A stretch of 64,000 bases of DNA from the IMG/VR virus record IMGVR_UViG_3300025770_000656; one strand, 5' to 3'. Made by a program: the position numbers and the translations under genes. How positions within the stretch are numbered: the stretch's first letter is position 1; every line of letters starts with the position of its first letter. Under the pieces are notes generated by a model. That model was not told where the DNA came from. It searched no databases and saw only the letters and a list, made by a program, of their open reading frames with translations. The stretch comes from a virus. Positions 20,401 through 26,849 of this stretch are shown piece after piece.

Positions 20401-22039
20401 GACTACTCTTTGAAGTTTCAAAACCACCTACATCAAAATTTTCACTGTCGTATGGTTCAGATTCTGTTTTAGTATAAGTTTCAGGCGTGCTTAGGTCTGA
20501 TACCTTGACTAGTTTAATCTTCTTTCCAACACCTTCGACATAATATGTTTCGTTGCGATAGGATTCAGGAGTAACATTATTGTCAAATTCTACTTTAAGT
20601 CCGTTGGTAAACACTACGTCGTTGGGTGAGGTATAAGTTTCTTGGCCAAGAAGTTCGTCTGTAATATTAATTTGGCTGGTATCACCTTGATCCACAAGTA
20701 TAATTTTACCAAATCGATTTTCATCTGTATTGTCTTGATAAAAGAATGTATCCCTACTAGCTGTAATGTTTGGAATTATTTGTAAGAAGCCGCTGGAGTC
20801 CTTATAGTACTCTCTGCTTCCACTTACTACACCTTGTTTAATATAAACTTTATTTCCCTGTGTAATATCCTGAATTCTACTTAACTGTATAGTATCAACA
20901 CCGTCAACATTGTTGACATTAATTTTAAAGACACCGTAGCGTTCACTTGCACTTAATGCTGTTACAGGATCAAATGTTCCTTGAGCTCCTTCAACACTGC
21001 CACTATCAAACGGATCAGCGTCAAATAAACTTCCCTGATTCCAGTCTGTTTCATCTAAACTTTGACTAGTAAAGATTAACGTTTTGCCGTCAATCTCTGT
21101 TAGCCCGTCAATGCCTGTTTCGTATGTGGCTATAAAGGCACTTAAAGTTTGATTGTGTATTTCTCTATATACCAGCGGTGTTGCCAAGTCTACAACAGCA
21201 TCGGTTGTCATTCCAGTAAACTTAGCTTGTGCGTCACTGTGTGGCACTCTCCAAGTTATTGTTCCGTCGTCTTCGCCGTTATTAATAACACCATCTACTT
21301 CACGTGTACTTATATTTGACTGATTATCATCAATGCCGTCTGTGCCAGTTTCAGTCTGTATCCAGAATGGAATTCCTGGCTGATCAACTTTAAAAGTATA
21401 TTCTCCGCCACGTGCCAAATATAAAGTTGGATTTGGGCTGGTTGTAGTGCTGTCAAATTTGTAAGTTAATTCACCACTGTTTACTGCATTAGTGCGCTCG
21501 TCAAATATGTTCTCATCAAATCCAGTGGTATCATATTCGATCTGTTCATAAGTAGTGCCTTGACGATACACTGTATAATCATGAGTTGTGTCAATTGTTC
21601 CAGCAAATACCTGCACACTGTCAGGACCACTGGGCAACCAAAAATACTCACCATAGTTAATTAACTTGTCAAAGTCAACAAAACTGCTCCAGTTATAATG
21701 TTGTTGCCTGTACAATAAGTCTTGATTGTCTACTTGTCCATTGTTATACTTAATAGTATTAAGGCTATCAATAATACTGCTAACACTTTTAATATCTCCA
21801 GCACTATCTTGATATACTACTCCAGGTTCTAATTGATAGTCCTGTCTAATATTGCTGGGTTCTGTAATATAATTGTCAGTTGCTTGGAAGTTTTCAGAAT
21901 TCTTTCTACCAATAAATCCACTAAACTTTTTCTTGTTATCATCACTTATAATTTGATCAAGAGTTGCGTTTAAGAATTTATTATTCTTATTGGTTTGGAA
22001 AACTTCAGGTAGTAACTGACTAGTTTTTTTAAGAGCCAT
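8465..22039 (-). CDS. Giant baseplate wedge/virion structural protein (gp7-like by position) with FG-GAP-like propeller region
   Basis: Uninterrupted 4524-aa ORF directly after gp6 (1-nt overlap). Contains FG-GAP-like repeats (FGFSVAAGNEYIAVGAP, FGYNIDTD..VIVGAP, FGTSVGLD..AVVGSP) and INEVKPYHTNIREY. Confidence 0.7.
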   Translation of the reverse strand: MALKKTSQLLPEVFQTNKNNKFLNATLDQIISDDNKKKFSGFIGRKNSENFQATDNYITEPSNIRQDYQLEPGVVYQDSAGDIKSVSSIIDSLNTIKYNNGQVDNQDLLYRQQHYNWSSFVDFDKLINYGEYFWLPSGPDSVQVFAGTIDTTHDYTVYRQGTTYEQIEYDTTGFDENIFDERTNAVNSGELTYKFDSTTTSPNPTLYLARGGEYTFKVDQPGIPFWIQTETGTDGIDDNQSNISTREVDGVINNGEDDGTITWRVPHSDAQAKFTGMTTDAVVDLATPLVYREIHNQTLSAFIATYETGIDGLTEIDGKTLIFTSQSLDETDWNQGSLFDADPFDSGSVEGAQGTFDPVTALSASERYGVFKINVNNVDGVDTIQLSRIQDITQGNKVYIKQGVVSGSREYYKDSSGFLQIIPNITASRDTFFYQDNTDENRFGKIILVDQGDTSQINITDELLGQETYTSPNDVVFTNGLKVEFDNNVTPESYRNETYYVEGVGKKIKLVKVSDLSTPETYTKTESEPYDSENFDVGGFETSKSSPINQDYIVIHRASEDNNAWSRGNRWFHRSVITKTAEYNNFTTVIDDTARAKRPIIEFDAGLHLYNMGYNSQPPVDIIDTTQTDAFSNINGKQGYFSDGIDLTPGRTICFTKDPEIQECIYTISHIDHDSDLQTDPIIQLTKTGTVSLNDCMLSRLGATNQGKMFHYTTDTSGNSVWKEAQQKTKINQEPLFDVFDGDDVSFSDTTKYPSTNFVGNKLFSYKRSTTASADKVLGFALTYKNINNVGDILFDNNYVNDKFTYTKSDLGAVDIIIKSGHVHQYSAGVKTPNNGWTKSVSESKQWQQVQHIVNDEKFVFEIGCKPKEITEETTLQVSVNGAFQTADKFTQLNQNEKHYVSFFSALKTEDTVLIRVYSDDQNKIGFYEVPSNLENNANNADFATLTLGQCRNHLVNMTRTISQFTGKSLGTNNLRDLDYKKYPGNILQHSAGATLAHHLLGSENNLFVESTEYSLNEYTRFKNRLLDNIDKLDLDLRDPVGSLDTIMTFMVGTKSSNFPFYYTDMIPWGSEKTTTTYVLDQITERTFTFKSQFDLSQVSSRGLLVYLTNATTSNVVQLAYEHDYTFDAVEAALTLSNDITLSIGDTIKIVEYSNTNGSFIPPTPSKLGLYPKYQPVVTLDDTYQTEVSTGTGPFKIYGTAQDRYTQNGERETGWFYPLYTTSAAAGDGSHTHKFEGSDRVWHMSSAGATHAGIDNSDYDEYTNYTPVLLGHDGSRWVVYKDIRDLILLEYEKRVYNNIKTNYDAKTFDLADVQSGYHRNTELELAQENAILGRLFTSWAHKNALRYLDNESYDAENSFTWNYNLGTTADKGFRMPGYWRGIYRWLYDTETPHLTPWEMLGLHVKPNWWDLRYGKAPYTRGNYVLWEDLEKGKLYESAGRDAEFTTETLRVRPNLTDYIPVDDQGQLLSPAEFLSVDVFASNADISWAIGDSGPVESAWRRSSEWPFAQQVLSALRKPAKYFALLWDTNLIKYDATYDQILQKNKSYRPKINEYKVNGTTIANTTTINRVEGYNQFIENYYKFKNLDIANLQTEIQNLTLRLVYPTAGFTDLSQSKIIIESTTPTSTGNNIFIPDENVSVIVNKSTPLERITYTGINIIKRKTGYEITGFDVNNPFFKIVPSVKTTNNRQITVGERTAILYDDGERHIINVAYGTIIPTIQQTADFLIAYQRYLKTKGLKFETLNSISEPKDYTLSVKEFLLWTQQGWADDSVLGISPAGNELRVNRLNTTTDNLNKFGNIKNPSGVAIRPTDYDVSRIDNETVITTDPDKNSIYAAQIDPIQYEHYLVLDNTTIFNDVIYQPELGNRQARVKFVGFKSNPWNGTLHAPGFLISKNEYNLWIQNTDYKKGDIVSHNKKLYVAKDNHDGESKFHYSDWLPIDNMKTGLLPNISQKAQRFTEFYDLNTSNLESTTDLAAKGQIGFRQREYLDQLGLDDVSQVKFYQGMIRNKGTKNVIDKLVHADLTNLDQEINVYEEWGVRVGAFGSIDSNQVIELIIDEAKAQNNQVVVEILDSNDTADVDRLSYYEKDLYKVPNNFSKNIFLPRSSDNKKTDIVGAGYPRLDDADFTVFNLEDNLEVLTDSVDKIGRGTTIWTVKSNFDWDIYRVTEVVAEIISIEQTGTEAITYTTNSAHGIVKNDIVVVKSSNEVSGGLHKVISTGGSTTFTVGIEDGIEIDASGNLVIPLFKLVSVRFPAKSNIANFTPAYGWEKNEIAWVDATEDDQWAAYRKDNPWDFNSVIFNIETSGNAANGTSLAVTDDALAVFSGAPEQSTGVVYPYLRDSSGVFNPNISLAPSDIGSSIDAFGFSVAAGNEYIAVGAPSTDSSNGAVFVYKRSFNGSYSLRQTIRLASPGSNAKFGYSVTMSKDDRYIYASATGENKVHVYTLVEVATSDETSQTFTGDGSDQTFTLTTTPVSIDALYIQDGNGKEYIPYKDYTLGGSVITFTTAPANTLSVVVRQRSYYKHTASFTGSDSTAGDQFGYNIDTDTAGETVIVGAPFSTVASADSTLFPEAGEVYLFHHIVERFTGDGVTTAFTTTNTLPSNFYIEVDGVKQVPATGSFSSFDSDSSENRYTVSGNTITFRYRPTNGQIIRVYTGNFAEIQRLDQSQITGQALGDNEQFGTSVGLDAYGTIAVVGSPGEDETNPNTGSAFVFIDEGLRFGSVTTASSNAATFQQQLDSIFVDDFEVVMNFNTSASPSDFASSVNNSSNLTLHDANLTSTGQVTITSINQVPNQKLKVRPGTGDTFRVRAEVEPFKFSQKINHPLLVENENFGRVITFDKHIPVSGVANQRCVISSDRASTMLDVAFDRDTVTTSLTYNDALTTFDADSTKFIDRVTQSGAAYVYDLLDSTVTTGTVQSISNPPLYAYGQQLRNTKINELDKFGSSLAINRGRLFVGSSADNEWKTNAGSFYYFNNALNKSSWEKYREQTAKINIDVINRVATYDKTNSEIIDFVDTIDIFKNKLPGRVQSELDYIFPIDPSTYSVTTIPNEVTHSENNNWDNEYVGRLWWDLSTCRVIEYEQGELDYRVQNWNRFFPGSSVDIYEWVQSPVLPSEHVQFGLEGTPKYENDEAYCVSLQYNPATNSTVTRYYYWVTGLNVYPEDDRRHLSTESVRQLIEDPASAGLKYLSVVDKNAFIMNNLSSTWADRNVVLSINYDVVKNEGVLHSEFELVSEGDPKQDIPRDIKTKLIDSLAGADKTGAVVPDASLSQGERYGIAIRPRQTLFVNRQQALKNFITYCNKVFLTTPISRQFSLTNLFLTDPEPTKSSGAWDQKVADITTRDFLNTLTFSAGYKVLVESDSTLGGDWAIYSLVVETDNTRTWFLDRVQAFNTARFWEYTTWYADDYDSTTIPQFTVNTEPDLIALTTAVTGDISKVLSNDDGNYSFFKLTTSGWDEIIIENGTIKILDTIYDFANASSGSYIGFDSGVFDFEKYDRVPQQEVRNIANAVFDEIFVGTLASNKNELFFRMIEYALQELHLSNTDWIFKTSFIKVLHKIRNLDQYPTYQLDNSTFIEEFINEVKPYHTNIREYVASYDGDDQFQGDITDFDQHSFFDTTTNYFRKPSGDFGGDEITRTQGLNKSWSENYTYYLDNIVIVNAGTGFLDNPTITISAPDSTSGVQATATAVTNGDSIVKVTVTTKGSGYTKNPTITVTGQGSGLVLNPRIANDTTREFDTTIKFDRITYSSTVKDWTASTSYDYQDLIAHYNEVTGKQEVYEVTATGGFTSGTTFGVEDSAGTEILVAYADEKLASAADRIASYYVPGVGMVGDDLNLLQPGTDYNGNKVSGLGFDREPGYDSAVWDIVGFDNFEVDADGLAVTGGIDTVMRSTFTDLALGTAPEDINIDGGLFVDTYSSHAPEEVIPGIVFDNLDIEVYTDPSDDFLGDGNGFKSVTRVYTADGTNNKFSYANSQRKELVDYLVVYQGATRIHDFTTDYEFRTISFTTQPSAGTQIYIYGFGTTGEKLVHEEVLIGDASTAQYTLGVDYTRYVQSLVLRDGVSVDHSVSNQNNRVTITINDTNPDGSVIHAFISNRAATKPAFTYGQTQTITLVGGTYIYDLDQAFDDDFANPISGNIIVEKGSERLRPANSEYYTLDGSTVAYNTPNTAGENSANVAVGDIQVVRLDKTNNVSINLNYIQDFTLSTVLDETSTLIWQVTILDAGNAGDTLIVSTRNSNEYFIDAGKLRLNSGFAFSGGDKLHVTSFNNHDTLRTQTKVYIGQGSNKKYTLDRTPTNTNNLWITLDGVKLHPGEFTIDTTGKIDLSSQTVSASSEIIVTHFTENITEPTIGYRMVNDMLGTYEYFRLCNDGQTQLSADLVAEDTKIYVEDATRLPLVSRNADKPGVLYVGNERITYWEISHEDHFVTGIRRGTNGTRFAPRHIKGTEVYDTTEAQRLPATNTHTQTWYDVGTSTSANGFGLQSSSSTNAAFLKACEASLPNYIAEFQSPKYVEDEYADEGYFGELDI

Positions 22040-25000
22040 TAGTAACTATAACCCCCTGCGTCAGTTGTTCTGGTAGTAGTAGTGCCTAGTGAAGCATTAG
22101 TAGTAGTTTCTATTGCAGAGCTAGCACTTCCTGAACTTACACTTTCTATTGTGTTTATGTCTGTAGTGCTATTAACCACGTCGCCACTGGCCTGCAACTG
22201 TGAAGCAGTAATAACATCAATAACCTCTATGTCATTAACTGATGCTGAGCTAATAAAAATTTCATCTTTGCTACTAGTAATTTGGTATAAACTTCCAAAT
22301 CCACTGGTGCTATTTTTAGGAACAATAATAACACTTAGTACGTCTGGTGTTAATGCATTATGTAAGTAGGCTGCTAGTTCACTAAAGTAAAAAGTGTCGC
22401 CAAAGTCCCAATTTTCAACACTAAAGTAATTATTAACTTCCTGTACTACTCTAGCTTTAATTTCGTTGTCACTAACCAACATAGCCTTGTTTTTTACAAC
22501 TTTAAATGTAGCTTGCAACTCTGCATCTGCCTTATCACCGAACAGTGTTCTATAATTAACACTGTTAAAGATAATAGCATCACTAACACTTTTATAAGTT
22601 TCTAAACTACCATATGCGTCTCTTAACTCATTTGTATTTGGTTTGATTGGCTTTATTACACTGCCTGTAATATCTGTCACCCAGTTTCTAAAATCAGCAT
22701 CATACTGTTTAGTTAACAAGTATAAGTCAATAATATTGCTTGGACTGGGATCAATACGTCTATTATTAGGCGCATTATGTGTGTACTGAAACAGTAAATT
22801 ACTACGGCCAGTTTTTGTAATATAATCTGTAGTTTCTGTTACTATCTTTTCATTAACACTGTTTACTGACAGTATGTAAAATTTACCAGTACTGCCAGTA
22901 TAAAAAATCTGTCCTGAACTATAGGTGTCTTTAATAGCTGTTACCGCGGTAAGTGTTGTGTAAAGGCTTTCGACCTCTGTTGCAGGCACTGGCTCTAGTT
23001 TAGTATATCCATTTCCGTCTAGGTATGACTTGTAAAATACTACCTTGCTAGCAACATTTGTGTTTGGCGAAACAATTACATCAAATACATCAGGATTATC
23101 AATTACACTATCACCGTCGGTATTAGGAAATGTTACTTTTATTCTTTCTGTACGGATAAATCCGTCATCTTCCACGATAGTATCATCAACATTCATTACA
23201 AAATCCTGTGCAAAATTTGTGTTACTATCTGGCAAACTGTTTACCTTAAGCATAACAATTTTATCACGTATTGTTTTGCTTGTTCTTGGATCAAATATTT
23301 TTAGGTCTTTATCAAAGTAAAAGCGTGTTTCTAATTGGCTTTCAAAAATATAATCTAGTTGCCTATACTTTACTGTATATGTTTCGCCATCATTTGTTAG
23401 TAAGAATAACCAGCTGGCATCTAAATTAGTGCCAGCAGTACTTCCGCTGTTTGTTGTGCTAAACGTTGTAGTTTGGTTTAAGTTAATGGAACTAATAATA
23501 GTCCATGCTTGTGTATCACGATCGTACCTAATACCCAGCGTCTTATACTCGCTTATATCATTAATTAAACTCTGCCTAACGGTACTTGTTAGGCTAGTAT
23601 TCCAGGGAAGAATTATAGTTTCTAGGATAGCTAAATCAGGAATAATTTCAGTTAACGTAACTGGACCAGAGCCGCTATCAAGATTTCCTGCGCCTTGATT
23701 TGTTCCGTCATCTACTAAATTGCCACAACTAGCCCAAATATCAGTTTTTGTGTTTAATGTTCCTGCTGTTCCAATTATTAAATTATTATTAACGTCAAAT
23801 ACATATCCAGCTGGAGCAGTAAATTTAACCAAGCTACCTTCTTTAAAGTACTTCATGTTACTGCTAGTAAAGCCAGCTACTTGCTGAGGATTTCCTGCAC
23901 TATTTTGAAAGTAACCAGTACAAACACCAGTTCCAATAGTACTTTGTTGCCAGGTAATACCTAAATTGGTAACATCAAAACGTGGTTCGTTATCTAAGAA
24001 ATAGTGGTACATGCTATTAGCCTGCATGATTTTTTCAATCTGCGTAGTAATGATACTGTCAATATCACTGTCAGTTACAAACGTAAAGTTAAAAGTTGGC
24101 AATGTGCTTTCACGATAAAAGATGCCATCCTCACTGAATATATTAGTGCTTGAGTATTTTCCAGTTGTATCTCTGACATCTAAGTAACGACTGATTCCTG
24201 AACTAGTTCGATTGACAGCCTTGCTTTTTATAATATTATTAAAGCTAGTAAATGGAAAGATCTGATAATCTTCACCAGTAATCATACGGTCTTGTGTATA
24301 GTACTGTTGTTGAGCACGTGCCTTAATATCCAATAAGTTCTCTCTAGAACTAGCATTAGATACTGTTTGTTTAAGACTCATGTTAAGAGTTAATGTCTCA
24401 ACTTGATTAGTATGACTAACATATGGCAATGTTATTACAACATCTGTCATATCAGATGGTGAAATTTTATAAGTTTGTCCATTACTTACTCTACAATATA
24501 GTCTAAAGTTTCCTTGTGGAATATTAGAAAAAACACCATCGCCAAATACTAGGCTAATCTGATCTCCTGATCTACTTTGCACGTTGTACAATGTTTTATT
24601 GTTTTTACTTAGGCTATTAAAAATAACACTGTTGCCACTAATAGCTGGAACTTTTGTCCACAATGTTTCTTCTGCCCCATTACTGTCTAGTTTATATAAC
24701 CATACATCGTTATTGTCAATACTAGTAATGTCAATATCCACAACACGATTTGGCAATGCTTCGTCAATATTAAAATCAACAGTCTTTAAATCGCCTTGTT
24801 TAAAGTAAAAAAAGTATCCAGTGTTAACACTGTTAAATCCTCTGCTATCGTTTCTATAAATTGTGTTAATAGTAGTACCTGGCCTGGGAGGAACTTCATA
24901 CAAGAAGTCAGTGCCACTATAAGTTCCATTAACTATTTCAAAATTAAGTTGGCTTCCAGAAACAGTGTTATTAAAGTTAAAAATTGGCACAGTATTTGGC

Positions 25001-25575
25001 ACTGTACTCAAGTTATATTCTTCAATTGAAATGCCAGCAATTGTACTCTTTAACGCACTGGCTCCAAACCTCTGTGTTCTTACAGTAGCGGCATTCATAA
25101 TACTGGTAAACTGCTCTAGGAAATCAGGATTTGTTTCATCGCCCCAAAAGATCTCAGTGCTTGCTAGATTATTACCATTACTGTCAAATATATTTTCTGT
25201 TGTCTGTACGCTGTCTACTTTAAGTAAGCCACGTGATACCCGGCTACGTTTTGGAAAGTAGTTAAGCATCTTAGCTAAACGGAGTATACTATCTCTACGT
25301 TCAGCAGTTTCTAAAAAATTCTCTCTAGCATTGAGGTCACTGCGAAAGCTCAAACTTTGAGCAATATAAGCAATCATGTCAATTAGTGCAACGTACTCAC
25401 TGCTCTCAATGTAATCGTTGAAATCTTCAGGATAAAATTCCTGTAAATAGTCCACCATTGCTTTACGAATTGTTTGAAAATCGTAGCTTTGAAAGTCTAT
25501 TTCTTTAAAAGATTCATAAACTTTTGTCCAATCTTCAGACGCAAATAAATTTGTAGATCGTGCAGTGCTTGCCAT
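22039..25575 (-). CDS. gp6: Baseplate wedge subunit, T4 gp6-like
   Basis: N-terminal DFQSYDFQTIRKAM...ESSEYVALIDMIAY...DLNARENFLETAERRDSILRLAKMLNY, plus QDRMITGEDY; follows gp25. Confidence 0.8.
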   Translation of the reverse strand: MASTARSTNLFASEDWTKVYESFKEIDFQSYDFQTIRKAMVDYLQEFYPEDFNDYIESSEYVALIDMIAYIAQSLSFRSDLNARENFLETAERRDSILRLAKMLNYFPKRSRVSRGLLKVDSVQTTENIFDSNGNNLASTEIFWGDETNPDFLEQFTSIMNAATVRTQRFGASALKSTIAGISIEEYNLSTVPNTVPIFNFNNTVSGSQLNFEIVNGTYSGTDFLYEVPPRPGTTINTIYRNDSRGFNSVNTGYFFYFKQGDLKTVDFNIDEALPNRVVDIDITSIDNNDVWLYKLDSNGAEETLWTKVPAISGNSVIFNSLSKNNKTLYNVQSRSGDQISLVFGDGVFSNIPQGNFRLYCRVSNGQTYKISPSDMTDVVITLPYVSHTNQVETLTLNMSLKQTVSNASSRENLLDIKARAQQQYYTQDRMITGEDYQIFPFTSFNNIIKSKAVNRTSSGISRYLDVRDTTGKYSSTNIFSEDGIFYRESTLPTFNFTFVTDSDIDSIITTQIEKIMQANSMYHYFLDNEPRFDVTNLGITWQQSTIGTGVCTGYFQNSAGNPQQVAGFTSSNMKYFKEGSLVKFTAPAGYVFDVNNNLIIGTAGTLNTKTDIWASCGNLVDDGTNQGAGNLDSGSGPVTLTEIIPDLAILETIILPWNTSLTSTVRQSLINDISEYKTLGIRYDRDTQAWTIISSINLNQTTTFSTTNSGSTAGTNLDASWLFLLTNDGETYTVKYRQLDYIFESQLETRFYFDKDLKIFDPRTSKTIRDKIVMLKVNSLPDSNTNFAQDFVMNVDDTIVEDDGFIRTERIKVTFPNTDGDSVIDNPDVFDVIVSPNTNVASKVVFYKSYLDGNGYTKLEPVPATEVESLYTTLTAVTAIKDTYSSGQIFYTGSTGKFYILSVNSVNEKIVTETTDYITKTGRSNLLFQYTHNAPNNRRIDPSPSNIIDLYLLTKQYDADFRNWVTDITGSVIKPIKPNTNELRDAYGSLETYKSVSDAIIFNSVNYRTLFGDKADAELQATFKVVKNKAMLVSDNEIKARVVQEVNNYFSVENWDFGDTFYFSELAAYLHNALTPDVLSVIIVPKNSTSGFGSLYQITSSKDEIFISSASVNDIEVIDVITASQLQASGDVVNSTTDINTIESVSSGSASSAIETTTNASLGTTTTRTTDAGGYSY

Positions 25576-25590
25576 ATTTTTACCTCAGTG

Positions 25591-25597
25591 TATTTAT
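25591..25597 (-). promoter_or_regulatory. T4-type late promoter (ATAAATA)
   Basis: TATTTAT 16 nt upstream of the gp6 start, in a short intergenic gap. Confidence 0.6.
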
Positions 25598-25618
25598 TAT
25601 TTGAATAATAGGCGCACA

Positions 25619-25999
25619 TTAACCTGTAACAGTGCCATCATCTCTATTAAAGTTAATTCTTAGATTTTCTACCTGATTAGTAGTAACATATAACAGCTCT
25701 ATCTGGCACTGAATGCCATTTTCAAACTCATCTATTACTAATTGTTTGAGTGATACCCGAGGATCTTGGTTTATAGTATCAGTAACTTCTTCAATTAACA
25801 AATTTTTTACTTCTTCTGTTAACGGTTCCATAATTAAATCAAGAACACTGCTACCATAATCTGGCACACCAACTTTCTCGCCTTTCCTAATAGCAAAACT
25901 ATTTAGAATATCACGTTTTATTAACTGATCATCTACTAAGCGAGGACTTTTAAAGTCACCGTCTAGTGTACTAAATCCACGATATAATCCTTGACTCAT
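25619..25999 (-). CDS. gp25: Baseplate wedge subunit, gp25/GPW-like
   Basis: LVDDQLIKRDILNSFAIRKGEKVGVPDYGS...EP...INQDPRV matches the gp25 family pattern. Confidence 0.85.
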   Translation of the reverse strand: MSQGLYRGFSTLDGDFKSPRLVDDQLIKRDILNSFAIRKGEKVGVPDYGSSVLDLIMEPLTEEVKNLLIEEVTDTINQDPRVSLKQLVIDEFENGIQCQIELLYVTTNQVENLRINFNRDDGTVTG

Positions 26000-26011
26000 A
26001 TTTCTCTCCCT

Positions 26012-26839
26012 TTAGTATTTAATACTTCCTGATATAACTTGTTTATAGAACTCTCGCACCATGTCACTTCCAATAAGATCAGTGGTCGCTTTAAATTTCT
26101 TTATAGCTTTAGCTCTGTTAGTTCTCTCTTGATCTAAGAAAGCACGAGCTTGTTCTACTCTTTGAACAGCAGACAAACTCATGTCAACTTTGTATTGCTT
26201 GCTTTTAAAGGAAGTACTATTAAATTCAGCTTTTTGTTTGTTGGAAATATAGTTACTAAACCAGTTAGGCGTTTTTCCAAATTGGTCAATACTTCCAGCC
26301 TGATTCGGAGCGTAATATCCTTTGTTGAACCAGGGCAATACTTGGCTGGTAATACTAGGTTGATTGTCTATTTGGTAAACACCAAGCATTGGCCTAGGAG
26401 ATATTTCACGACCTTCTCTAAACGCTAATGCCGCTGCACTTCCGGCAGCTTTAGCAACCATTAACATACCAGCTATATCACTTTGCGAGTCGTCAGGCTG
26501 TATAGCACCATTTAATGTTATCTCTTCATATAAGTCTCTGAGCTCAACTGTACAAATGTTCTCCTGTATTTCCAGGTTATTAAAGAAGTCGTTGCGACTG
26601 CGTAGTCCAAGTTTTCCTGTCCATACTCTTGGGTTTATTAACTCGCCATTAAACATTGCATATGGCTTAACAAATCCACGTTTTTTAAAGGTAGCAATAT
26701 TAGTACCATATTTGCCAATAGCACTAGTAACAGAGTCTACAAAATCGGTTGCTCCTTGTGATTTTATAATTTCTACTATTCCTGATTTTAATACACGGAT
26801 TGTTTCTGATTCTAACTTTTCGATTGATACGCCTGACAT
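26012..26839 (-). CDS. Baseplate-associated protein with possible lysozyme/transglycosylase-like fold
   Basis: Located between gp5 and gp25. Motifs AIGKYG...WTGKLG..S...FFNN..IQE...GMLMVAKAAG. Start placed at ATG 26839, downstream of an AAGGA Shine-Dalgarno. Confidence 0.5.
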   Translation of the reverse strand: MSGVSIEKLESETIRVLKSGIVEIIKSQGATDFVDSVTSAIGKYGTNIATFKKRGFVKPYAMFNGELINPRVWTGKLGLRSRNDFFNNLEIQENICTVELRDLYEEITLNGAIQPDDSQSDIAGMLMVAKAAGSAAALAFREGREISPRPMLGVYQIDNQPSITSQVLPWFNKGYYAPNQAGSIDQFGKTPNWFSNYISNKQKAEFNSTSFKSKQYKVDMSLSAVQRVEQARAFLDQERTNRAKAIKKFKATTDLIGSDMVREFYKQVISGSIKY

Positions 26840-26849
26840 ATTATTTTCC

